DNA of 64,000 bases from Candidatus Latescibacterota bacterium (GCA_965197905.1 CBDAOB010000003.1:480001-544000); one strand, 5' to 3'; counted from the first letter of the stretch, positions 1 to 11,975 are shown. Notes: generated by a model not told the origin, from the sequence alone. Numbers and translations: made by a program.

Positions 1-1
1 C

Positions 2-691
2 GTTATTCTCGATCTGTGGTCCTCGGATCCACCTTATCGCCATGAGGGTGAATTCTGGCAGTTCTCGCTCGAGCAGTTCGTCGACCGGGAAACCCAGATC
101 GGGTTCATTCACAAACCTCTGCAACAACCACATCCCCCTATCGCCTTACCGGGCATGAGTCGCAACTCCCACAGCTTGAAAGTGGCCGGCCAGCGCGGTT
201 TTTCACCGTTCTCCACCGCCCTGGTCGCCGGCAATGTGCTGGCGGACAACTGGGAGACCTATGTCACCGCCGCGACGGCAGCAGGCCGCGAACCGGACCG
301 GAACGACTGGCGCGTCTCACGTGCCATCTTTCTTGCGGATTCCACCGAAGAAGCTCTAAGGCTGGCGCGGTCCAACTCGGTGGGCAAGAACTACGAGTAC
401 ATCGCTACCTTGATGGATAAGGGCTTGGGACGACAGATCCCCAAGCGCGATCCGGATATGCCCGACACCGACTGCAATATGGACTATTGGCTCACCGAGC
501 AGATCATCGCCGGCGATGTGGACGAGGTGTTGCGCCGACTCCTGCTTCTCATCGACGAGTGTGGCCGCTTCGGAACCCTCGTCTTGATGGGGTTCGACTG
601 GGACGACAAAGCAGCGTGGCTGCGCAACCTCGACCTTTTCGCCAACGAGCTGATGCCGGCGTTGAACCGCGCAGTTCGCGTCAGCAGCTGA
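2..691 (+). CDS. LLM-class (luciferase-like) flavin-dependent oxidoreductase, 5'-truncated by the window edge
   Basis: The frame is open from base 2 (VILDLWSSDPPY...KPLQQPHPPI) into the 155..691 ORF. It is colinear with the full-length LLM at 22062..23168 (shared KPLQQPHPPI, CN.DY, IAGD, FGTLV, DWDD, LFA.E motifs). Confidence 0.88.
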   Translation, partial: VILDLWSSDPPYRHEGEFWQFSLEQFVDRETQIGFIHKPLQQPHPPIALPGMSRNSHSLKVAGQRGFSPFSTALVAGNVLADNWETYVTAATAAGREPDRNDWRVSRAIFLADSTEEALRLARSNSVGKNYEYIATLMDKGLGRQIPKRDPDMPDTDCNMDYWLTEQIIAGDVDEVLRRLLLLIDECGRFGTLVLMGFDWDDKAAWLRNLDLFANELMPALNRAVRVSS

Positions 692-734
692 CCTCTCTTT
701 GGGACGGCGGTCAACTGCGTCGACGTAGCGGCCG

Positions 735-2233
735 CTATCCCGCCGCGACCTTCGGGAATAACTGCACGACCGGTTCGAACTCGACCCCCTCGTCGAGCGG
801 GAACATCGGCCGACGACAGATCCGATGTCCCAGCGTCTTGAGGTCGGCGCTGGTGGACCCGGGGGCGTTCACATTGAAATAAGCCGCCGCCCAGGAATTG
901 AAGAAGTGCTCCTGACAATGGGGGGATTTCACCACCACGAGATCGAACTGCCGCGGATCACAGCCGTGTGCCAGAAATAGAGAACGGTCGAACAGATTTA
1001 CCGGCTTTGTTGTCGTGATGATGGTCATCCTCCCGGCCTCGAGAACGGCTACGTTGCCGCCATCCTCCGTGCTCCCCCAGGATTCGAAATGATAAGGACC
1101 GGTTGCCAGCATCTTGACCGAAGCCTCCAGATCCAGCGGTATGTAGCGCGCATCGACCGTTCCGCCCAGCGAAAAACGATCCACCTTGCCCACACCTACG
1201 GCGAAAGCTTGCTCCACCGCCGGCGCATCCACGAGAGGTGCCAGCGCCCTGCCGACATAACCCGCCTTCACCAGCGCTGCCAGCACAGCATTGCTGTCGC
1301 CGCTGGCCCCCGAACTGGTGGCATCGGCAGCATCCGCGAAGATCACCGTTCCCTCCACACCCTTGGCCTCGTCGATTGCCTGATCCAGATCTACCAGCGG
1401 CGCTTGCATTTGGGCGCGTTGGTGCCAGAACTCCTCGGCCATCTCCAGGGCAGCACGCTTGGCCGCCTCTGCATCATCGTCGGTGATCACGACGGCCTGG
1501 GAGCAGAGCTCGGGAACGTCTGTAAAGGGGTTGCCGATCATCATGGCGGCGGCGAGAGCCGTATTCGTTTCTTCCAGCCGCTGAGCTCGACGGATCGATT
1601 TCCCGAAAACCCCCGTAGCGGTTATCAGCTCGTCCCCGCGCACCAGAGCCGGAATCGTTACCCGCGCAATCACCGGTCGCACTTCCCCATCCAGAATCCC
1701 CAGCAAAAGTCTGGCGGCGCGTTTTCCGGTATCGGTGAAATCGACGTGGGGATAGGTGTGGAAAACGGTCAGCGCATCGCAGTTTTCCAGCATCCGTGGT
1801 GTTAGAATGCCGTGCATATCGAGGGAATGACCAGCGGGATTTCCGCGCCAAGAATCCGCCTCGCCTCCTGCAGCAGGAACCCCTCCGGGTCCAGCTCCTC
1901 CGTCGCGGCCATGGCACCATGCATGCTGAAGTAGAAACCGTCGACCTTCCCCGATTCAGCTTCCAACGCTTCGATAAACTCCGCGGCCAAACGCTCGAAA
2001 TCCGCCTGGGTGAGTGGCCCGGAGGAATTGGCGGAGGCTCCCATAAGTGGCACCAGCTCCACGTCGCTACGTCCCCCGAAGACCTTGCGCGCGCCGTTGA
2101 TCGAGGACTCGACGTCGAGGTTGGCGGCGAAAAGCTCCTCGCCGCGGACGATGTTGTAGTCGTCGTACCGGGTTTCCTTTGGGTTGAATGACGAGACTTC
2201 CTGCCGGCAATCACCCACGAGGATTCTGAACAT
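735..2233 (-). CDS. M81 family metallopeptidase (MlrC-like), split by a 1-nt frameshift near 1826
   Basis: The N-terminal ORF has QEVSSFNP and SMHGAM...DPEG. The C-terminal ORF has (D)MHG, HTYPHVD, GNPFTDVPE, DAADATSSGASGD and VVVKS. Adding one T in ATT(T)CCCTCGAT restores IPLVISLDMHG. An AAGGA RBS precedes the ATG at 2233. Confidence 0.88.
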
Positions 2234-2476
2234 GAAATTTTCCTTTAGGGGAGGGTTGTGCTTGAACACTGCTGGAAATCGAACAAACTAGGTCATTGTA
2301 TGGTCTGATCAACATTGGGCAGCTGGTTGTCTTACAACGTCCACACAGGCTCCCTTCGCCTTTTTTGCCCTTTTCGTTATCACAAACAGAATTAGATTAG
2401 GCAATTGCCTGCGAATAACCCCAAAACATGGTGCTGGGTTGTCAGAGCCATGCTCTTTTTGCGGAGGTGAATTGTA

Positions 2477-3424
2477 TTGAAAAGAATCACAAGAATCTGT
2501 GTGTTCGCGTTCATCTTGTCTCTTGCATCCGACACGGAAGCGTCCGACGACGAGTTGCTGATATTCTTCGGCAGTTTTCGGCCCGAGGCCATAGCCGTGT
2601 CGCGTGAGGACGGGGATCTGGCGCGACGGATGGACGATGGGTACTCCCGCGTCGGCGTGCGTGGCCAAACCGATCTGGGTACTTGGACCGGATTCTATCG
2701 CTACGAACGCCGCGTGTCGGCCAACGATGGAGAGTCCGATGGTGCCGCCAGGCCGGATCGCAACGAGCTGCGACAGGTCCACGTCGGCGTCAAGGGCGCA
2801 CCCGGATCCCTATCTATCGGCCGCCATTACGGCCTCTACTACGACTTTATTGACGACGAGCTCGACCGCCACCGCAGTCATTACAGCGACGCCATAGTGT
2901 TCGGCGACCTGTTCGTCTCCAACGCAGCGGTATACCGATCCCCCGATCTGCCACAAGGTAACTTTGGAATCCTGGTCGAACTGAATGACGCAAACGCCAA
3001 TGGGGACGCAGTAGAGGAACGGGTCGAGCTTGCCGGCACCTTCCGGTTGGGGGAAACGTCACTCCACCTAGGATATGTCCACTCTCCGAATCATGACGGC
3101 CTTTTCGGTGCCGTCCTCTCCTATCCGATCGGAGCACTAAACGTTGCCGCCGTGTTTCAGCAACGCGACCAGGGGGCCGCGGATGAACGCCTGTTCAGCT
3201 TGGCGGTAGACGCGAAGATCAGCGAGTCGCGTACGGCTCGAGTTGCCGTTACCCAGCGGAGCGATAGTCCGGATGCAGACCTCGACGACCTCTACCTGAT
3301 CGCGGGAGCCGATCAACGCCTCTCGCAGCACCTACTCGCCTTCCTCGAGGGTTTCGTCCGTGCCGCCGATGGCGCGGGCGCAGACGAAACGGCCCTCGTC
3401 GCGGGGTTTCGCTTCGACTTCTGA
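2477..3424 (+). CDS. Gram-negative porin
   Basis: Signal peptide, [27 protein letters not shown], amphipathic beta strands and a terminal Phe (RFDF). GGAGG RBS upstream. Confidence 0.85.
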   Translation: MKRITRICVFAFILSLASDTEASDDELLIFFGSFRPEAIAVSREDGDLARRMDDGYSRVGVRGQTDLGTWTGFYRYERRVSANDGESDGAARPDRNELRQVHVGVKGAPGSLSIGRHYGLYYDFIDDELDRHRSHYSDAIVFGDLFVSNAAVYRSPDLPQGNFGILVELNDANANGDAVEERVELAGTFRLGETSLHLGYVHSPNHDGLFGAVLSYPIGALNVAAVFQQRDQGAADERLFSLAVDAKISESRTARVAVTQRSDSPDADLDDLYLIAGADQRLSQHLLAFLEGFVRAADGAGADETALVAGFRFDF

Positions 3425-3434
3425 GGTCTACGCA

Positions 3435-5546
3435 ATGCCGGACGGTGCATATGTCAGCATTAGCCGACGCTTCAGTCGAGCCTTGATCGGCGTTGTTACT
3501 CTCGTGCTGCTGATCTTCGCCGCTGCAGGTACCTGGTGGAACGCTAGTCGTGCCGCGCAAGAGCTGGAAGCTCGGTTGGCGAGTACTATGGAAATCGCCG
3601 AAACGAGCCTTGCCGAACCCCTGTGGAACTTCGACCGTGAAACCGTGGCCAGCGTTCTTGAGGCGTTGTTGCTGGAAGAATCGATCGTCTACGCGGATGT
3701 CCTTGAGCCAGGAAGCCAAACTCGCGATCCGGCGTTGACTCGACATAGCGAGACTGTTGCCGGGGTCGAGTTCGAAGACCTCGCGAGCGACGACCGCTTT
3801 GCCGTCATGTCCTCGGTGTTGCAGCGCCAAGGCCACGACGTCGGCACGATCCGCGTTGCTCTGTCGAAGTCGGCTATGCGTCGCGACTTGCTTCTCAACA
3901 TCTGGCTAACTCTTGCATTGACCGTTGTCGTAATCGCTTCCATTGCGATTACCTCCGTAGTCATAACCCGGCGCTATGTATCGCAACCCTTGCAGGCTTT
4001 ACAGACATCGGCGGCAGCGATCGAAGGAGGAAACCTTGGAACGGTGACCGACGCCCATGGCAATGACGAGATCGGCCACCTGGCCAGCAACCTGTCATCC
4101 ATGAGAGACTCCATAGGCCACCTTATCGGTCAGCTCGAGATGGCAAACCGGGACCTCGAGCGCAAGGTGGATGAACGCACAGCCGAACTTGCCAAATCTA
4201 AAGAAGAAGCTGAGGGTGCGAACCGTGCCAAGAGCGCGTTCCTTGCCAACATGAGCCACGAATTGCGTACGCCGCTCAACGCAATTCTCGGCTTCACTCA
4301 ACTCCTCAGCCGAGCCGAAGACCTGCGTGAGGAGCAGCGAGACAACCTGCGTATCATCAGTCGCAGCGGCCAGCATCTTCTCGGTCTCATTAACGACGTC
4401 CTCGAGATTTCCAAGATCGAGGCAGGGCGTACGGCGCTGCAACTGGAGAGTTTCGACCTGCATCAGCTCGTTGCCGATCTACGTGAGCTGTTTCAGGTGA
4501 GGGCCAATGAAGCTAGTCTCGTGTTCAGCTGCTCCGTCGCCCCCGAGGTTCCGCACTTCCTACACGCGGATCATGGTAAACTCCGCCAGATCCTTATTAA
4601 TCTCCTCGCCAATGCCCTCAAGTTCACCAAGGCTGGAAGGGTGGAACTACGCGTGACAGGTCGATCGCCTATACGCTTCGCAGTGGAAGACACCGGGGTC
4701 GGAATCGACGCGGGCGACGTCGCCAATCTGTTCGACGCTTTTGTGCAGACGGGAGAGTCCCGGCAGCAAACGGACGGTACCGGCCTGGGTCTGGCTATAA
4801 GTCAGCACTTCGCGCAGACGCTGGGCACCTCTATCACGGTAGAATCGCAGCCTGGAGTGGGCTCGACTTTCGCCTTTTCCCTCGACGCCCGTGAGGCCGA
4901 CCCGGATGACATATCACGGCCGGAACCCGTGCGGACGGTCAAGGGATTGGCTCCCGACCAAGGCCGGCCACGCTTACTGGTTGTCGACGATATCGAGGAG
5001 AATCGTCTCGTTCTCAGGCGTCAGTTGAAACCTCTGGGTTTCGAGATCGTGGAGGCCGCCGACGGCCGCGAGAGTATCGACATGGTTAGGACTCAACAAC
5101 CGCAACTGGTATGGATGGATATGCGGATGCCCGTCATGGACGGATACGAAGCGACACGCCGTATCAAAAGCGAGTTTAGCGAACCGCCGGTCGTCGTCGC
5201 CATCACTGCCTCAGCCTTTGAAGAGGATCGTCACCGGGTAGAGGCTGCTGGATGCGACGTCTTCATTCGCAAGCCATGCGGCGAGCATGAGATCATAGGG
5301 GCCCTGGAAAACACGCTGGGGTTGCGCTTTGTCTACGCTGACGATGATTCGGCGACCAAAACTGCTCCGACAGCCGAGATACCCACAGAGCTGCGGACCC
5401 AACTCTACGATGCCGCCTCCCGTGCTGACGAAGTTGCAGTGGCAGCTCTTCTCGAGCAGCTCGATGGGGATCTCAAACGGGAGTTGGGAGATCTGCTGCG
5501 AGATTTCCAATTCGATCACATCATGACCATGGCCTCACCGGCGTGA
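3435..5546 (+). CDS. Membrane hybrid sensor histidine kinase (periplasmic domain-HAMP-HisKA-HATPase-REC)
   Basis: Two TM helices, HAMP (GNDEIGHLA), H-box [15 protein letters not shown]-box [22 protein letters not shown], and a receiver (LVVDD, WMDMRMP, KP). Confidence 0.93.
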   Translation: MPDGAYVSISRRFSRALIGVVTLVLLIFAAAGTWWNASRAAQELEARLASTMEIAETSLAEPLWNFDRETVASVLEALLLEESIVYADVLEPGSQTRDPALTRHSETVAGVEFEDLASDDRFAVMSSVLQRQGHDVGTIRVALSKSAMRRDLLLNIWLTLALTVVVIASIAITSVVITRRYVSQPLQALQTSAAAIEGGNLGTVTDAHGNDEIGHLASNLSSMRDSIGHLIGQLEMANRDLERKVDERTAELAKSKEEAEGANRAKSAFLANMSHELRTPLNAILGFTQLLSRAEDLREEQRDNLRIISRSGQHLLGLINDVLEISKIEAGRTALQLESFDLHQLVADLRELFQVRANEASLVFSCSVAPEVPHFLHADHGKLRQILINLLANALKFTKAGRVELRVTGRSPIRFAVEDTGVGIDAGDVANLFDAFVQTGESRQQTDGTGLGLAISQHFAQTLGTSITVESQPGVGSTFAFSLDAREADPDDISRPEPVRTVKGLAPDQGRPRLLVVDDIEENRLVLRRQLKPLGFEIVEAADGRESIDMVRTQQPQLVWMDMRMPVMDGYEATRRIKSEFSEPPVVVAITASAFEEDRHRVEAAGCDVFIRKPCGEHEIIGALENTLGLRFVYADDDSATKTAPTAEIPTELRTQLYDAASRADEVAVAALLEQLDGDLKRELGDLLRDFQFDHIMTMASPA

Positions 5547-5598
5547 ATACGTTCGAAAGAGCCGGATCTGGTGATCGTAAACGGTTGTTGGAGGCTTT

Positions 5599-7413
5599 AT
5601 GAACGACGAGAATGAAGCCAGGGGAACCGTCCTAATCGTGGACGACACCCTCACTAATATGCGATTGCTCACCCAAATGCTCCGCGATGAGGGTTTCGGC
5701 GTGCGTGGCGCACCGAACGGCGAAATTGCGCTGAACGCTGTGCGTTCGGCGCCGCCGGATGTGATCCTGTTGGATATCAACATGCCTGGCCTCAATGGCT
5801 ACGAGGTTTGTCGAGAATTGAAGGCCGACGCGAATACTCAAAACATCCCGATAATTTTTCTAAGCGCACTGGACGAACCGCTCGACAAAGTCAGGGCTTT
5901 TGACGTTGGCGGAGCCGATTACGTCTCAAAACCCTTCCACATTGAGGAAGTAATCGCGCGCGTGGAACACCAACTGCAATTGCAACATTTACAGCGGGAC
6001 CTCGTCGAGGCACGCATCGCTGCTGAAGCCGCAAACCAGGCCAAAAGCGCGTTCCTGGCCAATATGAGCCACGAGATTCGCACCCCTATGAATGCGATAT
6101 TGGGCTACGCCCAAATCATGTCCGGCGACTCAGACTTGAGTGAGCTGCATCGCCGAGCGGTAGAAACGATAGGGACCAGTGGCCAGCATCTCCTCGATCT
6201 CATAAATGACATTCTCGACCTGTCCAAGATCGAAGCCGGGCGTGAGGAACTCAGCGAGGGGGATTTCGAATTATCAGAGCTCATCGCCGAACTGTCCGCC
6301 TTGTTCGACATGCGATGTGCCCAGAAGGGTTTGGCCTGGCGCCTTGACAGCCGCATCGATTCAACCCGGGTCCGCGGTGACGCCAAGAAGCTGCGTCAAG
6401 CGCTTATCAACCTCCTGGGGAACGCAACGAAATTCACCGAGACGGGAGAAGTGGCACTGGTTCTGCAAGCCGAAGGCGACGACCGTTACCGCTTCGAGGT
6501 TCGCGATACCGGCCCCGGGATTCCCGCTGACCGACAACAGCAGATCTTCGAGCCCTTTCAGCAGGAGGAATCGGGATTGAAGTTCGGAGGTACCGGTCTG
6601 GGACTCGCCATCTCCCGGCGTCACGTCGAACTCATGGGTGGCACCATCGGCGTGCAATCCACGGAAGGCGAGGGCGCGCGATTCAGCATCACTCTTCCCT
6701 TGCCGAAGGGCGAAGACGACGTAGCAACGCCGTCAAAATCTGAATCGATCTGGACGCAGCCTTGTCGGCTTGTTCCGGCTTGCTCTGTACGCGCCCTGGT
6801 CGTCGACGACATTAAAACAAACCGCGAGGTCTTGGATCACCTGCTTGTCGGATTGGGAGTTGAGGTATCCGTGGCGGCCGACGGCAAGAGCGCCCTCCGC
6901 TTCGCCGGGAGAGGTCTAGATATTGCTTTCATCGACATTCGCATGCCCGGGATGGATGGCCTGGAGCTCCTGCATGAGATACGCAAGCATGCCGGCCAAG
7001 GGGCGCCCAAGGCTGTCGCCGTTTCAGCCTCGGCGCTGGAACATCAGAAGCGCGAGTTCCTCGAGGCCGGTTTCGACGCCTTTGTTGGAAAACCCTTCTG
7101 GCGTGGCGAGGTCTGCGGCTGTCTTGTGGATCTTCTCGGCGTTAGCTTCGAGCCGATTTCGGGCGAAGCCGATCCCAAAACCGACATGCAGGAAGACTCC
7201 CGTAGCCCCGGAGGCGAACCTTCGCTATCGGCAGATCGGCTGTCAGCGCTTCGTGACGCCGTCGCACAGCAGAATATTTCTGGTCTACTTCGATGTCTTG
7301 AGGAGCTCGAAAAGGAAGGCTTCGATTCGATCGTTTCCCGGCTTCGTCCGTTGAGTAAAAGCTATGACTTCGAGGCGGTTCGAATCGTGTTGGAAGAAAT
7401 TGCGGAGAGGTGA
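5599..7413 (+). CDS. Cytoplasmic hybrid REC-HisKA-HATPase-REC kinase/response regulator
   Basis: N-terminal receiver (LIVDD, LLDINMP, KPF), H-box [17 protein letters not shown], and a C-terminal receiver (FIDIRMP, KPF). Confidence 0.93.
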   Translation: MNDENEARGTVLIVDDTLTNMRLLTQMLRDEGFGVRGAPNGEIALNAVRSAPPDVILLDINMPGLNGYEVCRELKADANTQNIPIIFLSALDEPLDKVRAFDVGGADYVSKPFHIEEVIARVEHQLQLQHLQRDLVEARIAAEAANQAKSAFLANMSHEIRTPMNAILGYAQIMSGDSDLSELHRRAVETIGTSGQHLLDLINDILDLSKIEAGREELSEGDFELSELIAELSALFDMRCAQKGLAWRLDSRIDSTRVRGDAKKLRQALINLLGNATKFTETGEVALVLQAEGDDRYRFEVRDTGPGIPADRQQQIFEPFQQEESGLKFGGTGLGLAISRRHVELMGGTIGVQSTEGEGARFSITLPLPKGEDDVATPSKSESIWTQPCRLVPACSVRALVVDDIKTNREVLDHLLVGLGVEVSVAADGKSALRFAGRGLDIAFIDIRMPGMDGLELLHEIRKHAGQGAPKAVAVSASALEHQKREFLEAGFDAFVGKPFWRGEVCGCLVDLLGVSFEPISGEADPKTDMQEDSRSPGGEPSLSADRLSALRDAVAQQNISGLLRCLEELEKEGFDSIVSRLRPLSKSYDFEAVRIVLEEIAER

Positions 7414-7417
7414 TGCC

Positions 7418-8017
7418 GTGTTTATCAAGCCCGATGATCCCGAAGCGCCCCCCGGGCTTCTAAATAGTTGTGACGTACCCCGCTCAATTTTTTGGATAAC
7501 GAGCTTGAGTCAGGACGGCATCCGCAATGCGTCGCCGTGGAGTTTCTCCGGAGCCGTGGCCTACAAGCCACCGCAGGTCTTCTTCGCGGTGACCGGGTCG
7601 CGCACGGATGGGCGCCCGAAGGACACCCTTCGGAATGTTCGAGATACGGGCGAGTTCGTGGTGAATTTTCCCACCCGCGACACACGGGAGCAGATGAACA
7701 TCACCTGTGCCTACGTGGAGCCGGAAGTGGACGAGATCGAGCTGGCGAATCTCGAAACGGTTCCGTCCACCCTCGTAGACCCACCGGGACTCGAGTGTTC
7801 GCCGATCCGGTTGGAATGCCGGCTCTTCAAAACCTTGCCCTTGTTGGGAGAGCAGAACACCTTGGTCATCGGAGAAGTGCTGGGATACCACTTCAAGGAG
7901 GAGCTGTTTGTCGACGGCGAGGTGGACTGGCTGGCTTACAAGCCCCTCGCGCGGCTGGGGCGCGCGGATGCGTATTGTGTGGTCGACAACGCCTTCTACA
8001 TGGAGCGGCCGAGGTAA
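7418..8017 (+). CDS. Flavin reductase family protein (DIM6/NTAB type)
   Basis: PRSIFWITS, NASPWSF, KDTLRNVRDTGEFVVN, PLARLG motifs. GTG start just after the kinase stop. Confidence 0.85.
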   Translation: MFIKPDDPEAPPGLLNSCDVPRSIFWITSLSQDGIRNASPWSFSGAVAYKPPQVFFAVTGSRTDGRPKDTLRNVRDTGEFVVNFPTRDTREQMNITCAYVEPEVDEIELANLETVPSTLVDPPGLECSPIRLECRLFKTLPLLGEQNTLVIGEVLGYHFKEELFVDGEVDWLAYKPLARLGRADAYCVVDNAFYMERPR

Positions 8018-8053
8018 TAGCGCCGCTCCCGTTCCTCGACTTCACCCTCGTTT

Positions 8054-9415
8054 CTACCCCACCCAGATCGTTTTGATGTTGACGAATTCCCGTATGCCGT
8101 AGTGGCTCAGTTCCCTTCCATATCCCGATTTCTTGATGCCCCCGAAAGGCAGCCGCGGGTCAGATTTGGTGATGCCATTGACGAAAACCGCCCCCGACTC
8201 TACTTGCCGGGCGACCCGCTCGCCCCGTTTCGCGTCCTTTGTCCAGACGCTTCCCCCAAGACCGAATCGCGAGCCGTTCGCGACGGCAATCGCCTCTGAT
8301 TCATCGGCAACCCTGATTACGCTTGCCACCGGGCCGAAGGCCTCTTCCTCGTAGAGACGCATCCCCCTGGACACCTTGTCCACGATCGTCGGTAGCAGGA
8401 ACGACCCTGGCCCGTCCGGGCGGCTACCGCCCGTAACGATCGCTGCACCCTTCTTGCGAGCATCCTCAATAAGCTCAACCAAATCTCCGACAAATTCCTC
8501 CTTTGCCAGCGGGCCTACGGTCGTCTTTTCGTCCAGCGGATCGCCTATCACCTGGTTCTCCATCGCAGCGCGAAACTTCTCGACAAAATGGTCGGCCACT
8601 TTCTCCACCACGATGAAGCGCTTGGCGGAGATGCAGCTCTGTCCGGCGTTCGACATGCGACCGTTCACCGCTTGCACCGCGCAGGTATCCACATTCACAT
8701 CATCTAGTACGATGAACGGATCACTTCCTCCCAGTTCCAACACCGCTTTCTTGACGATCTTTGCCGCGGTGCTCGCCACGTGGGTCCCCGCCGGCTCGCT
8801 GCCAGTGAGCGTCACCGCTTTAACGATATCCGACTCGATGACCGCATCGACCTGCCGGGCCCCGATCATCAAGGTTCGAAAGACGTTCTCAGGGAAACCC
8901 GCCTCGCGAAAGACCTCCTCGATAGCCAGTGCCGATCCGGGGACGTTGGATGCATGTTTCAACACGCCGGCATTGCCTGCCATCAAGCTGGGAGCAGCGA
9001 ACCGAAAGACTTGCCACATAGGGTAGTTCCACGGCATCACCGCAAGAATTACACCCAAGGGCTGAAATGCAACATAGGCCTTGCTGCCGTCCGATTCCGC
9101 AGGTTCGTCTGCCAGCATCGATTCTGCATTGTCGGCGTAGTAGTTGCAAACCCAGATGCACTTATCGACCTCGCCCGCCGCCTGGGTGATCGGCTTGCCC
9201 ATCTCCAGGCTCATGAGCTTGGCGTACCTAGTTTTGTTACTCTCCAGGACGCCAGCCGCTTTCTTCATGAGCGCGGAACGGTGCGAGAAGTCGGTGTCGC
9301 GCCAGGACTCAAAAGCAGACTGAGCTTGCTCGAGAATCTCCTGAACCTCTTGATCGGAATGGCTGAGGTAGTCCTGGATCACCTCTCCCGTCGCTGGATT
9401 AATCGCTTTCATCAT
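8054..9415 (-). CDS. NAD(P)-dependent succinate-semialdehyde dehydrogenase-type aldehyde dehydrogenase (Sad/GabD1-like)
   Basis: INPATG, MPWNYP, LKHASNVP, LTGSEPAG, catalytic ELGGSDP, GQSCISAKR, EEAFGP, PFGGIKKSGYGRE. Confidence 0.92.
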   Translation of the reverse strand: MMKAINPATGEVIQDYLSHSDQEVQEILEQAQSAFESWRDTDFSHRSALMKKAAGVLESNKTRYAKLMSLEMGKPITQAAGEVDKCIWVCNYYADNAESMLADEPAESDGSKAYVAFQPLGVILAVMPWNYPMWQVFRFAAPSLMAGNAGVLKHASNVPGSALAIEEVFREAGFPENVFRTLMIGARQVDAVIESDIVKAVTLTGSEPAGTHVASTAAKIVKKAVLELGGSDPFIVLDDVNVDTCAVQAVNGRMSNAGQSCISAKRFIVVEKVADHFVEKFRAAMENQVIGDPLDEKTTVGPLAKEEFVGDLVELIEDARKKGAAIVTGGSRPDGPGSFLLPTIVDKVSRGMRLYEEEAFGPVASVIRVADESEAIAVANGSRFGLGGSVWTKDAKRGERVARQVESGAVFVNGITKSDPRLPFGGIKKSGYGRELSHYGIREFVNIKTIWVG

Positions 9416-9424
9416 CGCTCCTGG

Positions 9425-11641
9425 TTAGGTAGGATCGGTCTCTTTCTTAAGGGGACGCCACTTGATATCGCCACCCGCTACATGGAACTCCGCGCCGACC
9501 ACGTCCGCATCCACGAGACTGGACTCCTCGCCAAACCCTATCTGAACATCCGTGAACACAGTTCCCGTCACGGTGATCCGGCCCTTGGAAACTATATCCG
9601 AAATCCCACTCTCCAGCTTCTCTAGTTCGGTTTGCGCCGTCTTCTGTTGGCGAAAAAACTCGGCAAGCTTTTTGGCGTCGTCGGCCACCTCGTCCATCCT
9701 TCTGCGGGGCACTTGGTCGAGATGCTCCTTCAACGCCGTCACATCGGGTCTAGTGAGACCGACCGTCCTCATCAAAGCCGGGATCTCTGCTTTGCATTCA
9801 TCAAGGGTCGATTCAAGCCGTTTCAGCTCCGCGGCCTGCTCGAAAGTGGGACCGATCTCGGCGATGGTCCGATCGGTGTCTGCCGAACCTATCATTTTGG
9901 CATGAATGCCTACAGTGGCCGTTACTTCACCGCCGACGATGGTTCCGGCACCTTGACCGCCCCCTTCCTGCACCACCACCTCTCCATCGGCCTTGACGAT
10001 TCCGTTGATGATGTACGCACCCACGTTCACATTCCCAAGGGCTTGAACGGTGCTGTTCTGGATGAATTTGGTTTCGACGTTCTGCTTGGCGAAAACGGTG
10101 GAATCCTCGCCGAAGATGCCCTTGGCGACGACGACATCGCCGGTGGCAGTTACCGAAGCTCCGTTTTCAACCGTTCCGCCCACCACAACGCTTCCCGCCG
10201 CTTTGACCGAAAAGCCGGATTGAACCGAGCCGGATATTTCGACGTTCATCGGTAAATCTATGTTACCCGTATCATACCCAACGTCGCCACTTATGCTCAT
10301 CACCGGTTGAACCTCGAGAGCATCGCCGGCGACAGCCGCCGCACCATCGATCTCGGCGACGAACTTATCTCCCTGGAGACGCACATTCTGCCCTGCCGAG
10401 AAGCTTTTCTCCTCACCATCCTTTGCCGGTAACTGCTCTCCCTTGAGATTGACTCCGGGAGTTCCTTGCTCGGCGGGAATGACCGTTCCCAACTCCTGAT
10501 CCTTTGCTACCCCGAGGTTCTGGTTGCGCTCGCGGTAGTCGATCGTGCCATCCTCAAGAACCTTTCCGGCGCGCTTTTCGGGATCGAACGCATATTTTAC
10601 ATACGAATCTTTGCCGGCGATCGGTGCCTTGCCCTTAGCCACCAGCAGGCTCTGTTTTTCTGTAGCTCCGAAAGTTTCCTTCGAAAGGCGTTCGATGGCG
10701 GTATCTTTGATGCCCGTGGTAACACCCGCCATCTTTATCGCCTGCAGAAGCCAGTCCTTCTGCGGCACTTTTTCGGCAGCTGCCTGCGGGAGGTGTAGTA
10801 GATAGGCTTCATCCCAGTCAGGGTTTATCCAAATGGGTGGCCTCACCGAAATCTCATCCTTGAGCCAGCAGACGTAACCGTATATCTCTGAGACGCACGT
10901 ACCCCCCTCCATCTTCACGTTTTCTCCACCCGAGAGCTTCGCATCTGCGCCGGCTTGAGGCGTTTGGTTTCCGCAAACGTCGACGGCGGGTTTTCCTTCG
11001 GTGGGCGGCGTCAAGCTCGCGAGCTTCTGACCGGGATAGACCAGCAAGCTCAAGACGTCGAGTTCGAGCGCAGCCTCCAGTTCCGTCGCCTGTAGAGCCT
11101 GGTTGAGCTCAGAAAATGAGAGTTTGGTGTCCTCGCCGAGACCCTCCTGAAATTCGAGTTTGACACTGGCGTCTTTGCCTGGAGTTGCCGCGGTGGCCTC
11201 GGCGACAACGAAATTCCCTCGCACCACGTCCTCTTTCCTGGCTTGGGAGATCAACTCCTTGAGTGCCTGCTTTTTCAGGCCATGGACCAGCTTGAACTGG
11301 TCGCGCAAGGCGTCGACGAACAGTTGGGCTTTTACCTTTTTGTCGCCGAAATGCAAGGCTGTGACCGCAGCCTGTTGGTTGTGTTCTGCGATCTCGACTG
11401 CGACCCAACCCGCATCGTTCGGCCCGAACGTCTTGGATCCCTCCTCCGGTTCGATTTTCTCCACCCGGTCCGGCTCTTCAGGCTCTTTCTCGGTGGACTC
11501 GGGGATAGGTCTTGCTTCCGGTTCCGACGCTTCGGCCTCGGCGTTCTTCGTCGCCTCCACGTACTCCTCGTCCAACTGTACCGTGGATTCAACCCGGGAC
11601 CGGCGCCGGCGCTGCGACTTATTCCGTTCTCTTTTCGCCAT
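9425..11641 (-). CDS. FapA/DUF342 family protein
   Basis: GTIDYRE, GDVGYDTGNID, beta-helix region (GSVQSGFSVKAAGSV, KFIQN, GTIVGGEV) and a C-terminal coiled coil. Confidence 0.85.
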   Translation of the reverse strand: MAKRERNKSQRRRRSRVESTVQLDEEYVEATKNAEAEASEPEARPIPESTEKEPEEPDRVEKIEPEEGSKTFGPNDAGWVAVEIAEHNQQAAVTALHFGDKKVKAQLFVDALRDQFKLVHGLKKQALKELISQARKEDVVRGNFVVAEATAATPGKDASVKLEFQEGLGEDTKLSFSELNQALQATELEAALELDVLSLLVYPGQKLASLTPPTEGKPAVDVCGNQTPQAGADAKLSGGENVKMEGGTCVSEIYGYVCWLKDEISVRPPIWINPDWDEAYLLHLPQAAAEKVPQKDWLLQAIKMAGVTTGIKDTAIERLSKETFGATEKQSLLVAKGKAPIAGKDSYVKYAFDPEKRAGKVLEDGTIDYRERNQNLGVAKDQELGTVIPAEQGTPGVNLKGEQLPAKDGEEKSFSAGQNVRLQGDKFVAEIDGAAAVAGDALEVQPVMSISGDVGYDTGNIDLPMNVEISGSVQSGFSVKAAGSVVVGGTVENGASVTATGDVVVAKGIFGEDSTVFAKQNVETKFIQNSTVQALGNVNVGAYIINGIVKADGEVVVQEGGGQGAGTIVGGEVTATVGIHAKMIGSADTDRTIAEIGPTFEQAAELKRLESTLDECKAEIPALMRTVGLTRPDVTALKEHLDQVPRRRMDEVADDAKKLAEFFRQQKTAQTELEKLESGISDIVSKGRITVTGTVFTDVQIGFGEESSLVDADVVGAEFHVAGGDIKWRPLKKETDPT

Positions 11642-11959
11642 AGATACGACCTCGTGCAACGGGCGGCTCAACTGAGCGCTCACCCGTAGAACCACCGCAT
11701 ACTGAAATATAACGAGGAATCAGGAAACCGCAGGAGGCGCCTGCCTGGATTAACCTGGAGCTGGTGCTATTCTACTCGACGCTTGACGCGCAAATACCAG
11801 CGCTGACAATCGCGCTAGCGCTCGTTTTCTACGCGCCAACAAGCTGTCCGATCTCTATCACCGACTGCGACACCAGACGCCAGTTCCTGGCGTGCAACTC
11901 GTTGGCGTATTTGACCTTAAGCCTCTCGGGTGCGTCGGATCGGGCACTCCTCCTGGAAG

Positions 11960-11975
11960 AGGTACAGGTATTGCT
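11960..11975 (+). promoter_or_regulatory. Putative sigma-54 (-24/-12) promoter
   Basis: AGGTACAGGTATTGCT has exact GG-N10-GC spacing with TTGC(A/T), about 60 nt upstream of the PepSY start, after a long intergenic region. Confidence 0.55.

Noticed and set aside
735..2233. Microcystin degradation (mlr) cluster
   Set aside because: Only an MlrC/M81 homolog is present, without mlrA/B/D, and M81 proteins are widespread.
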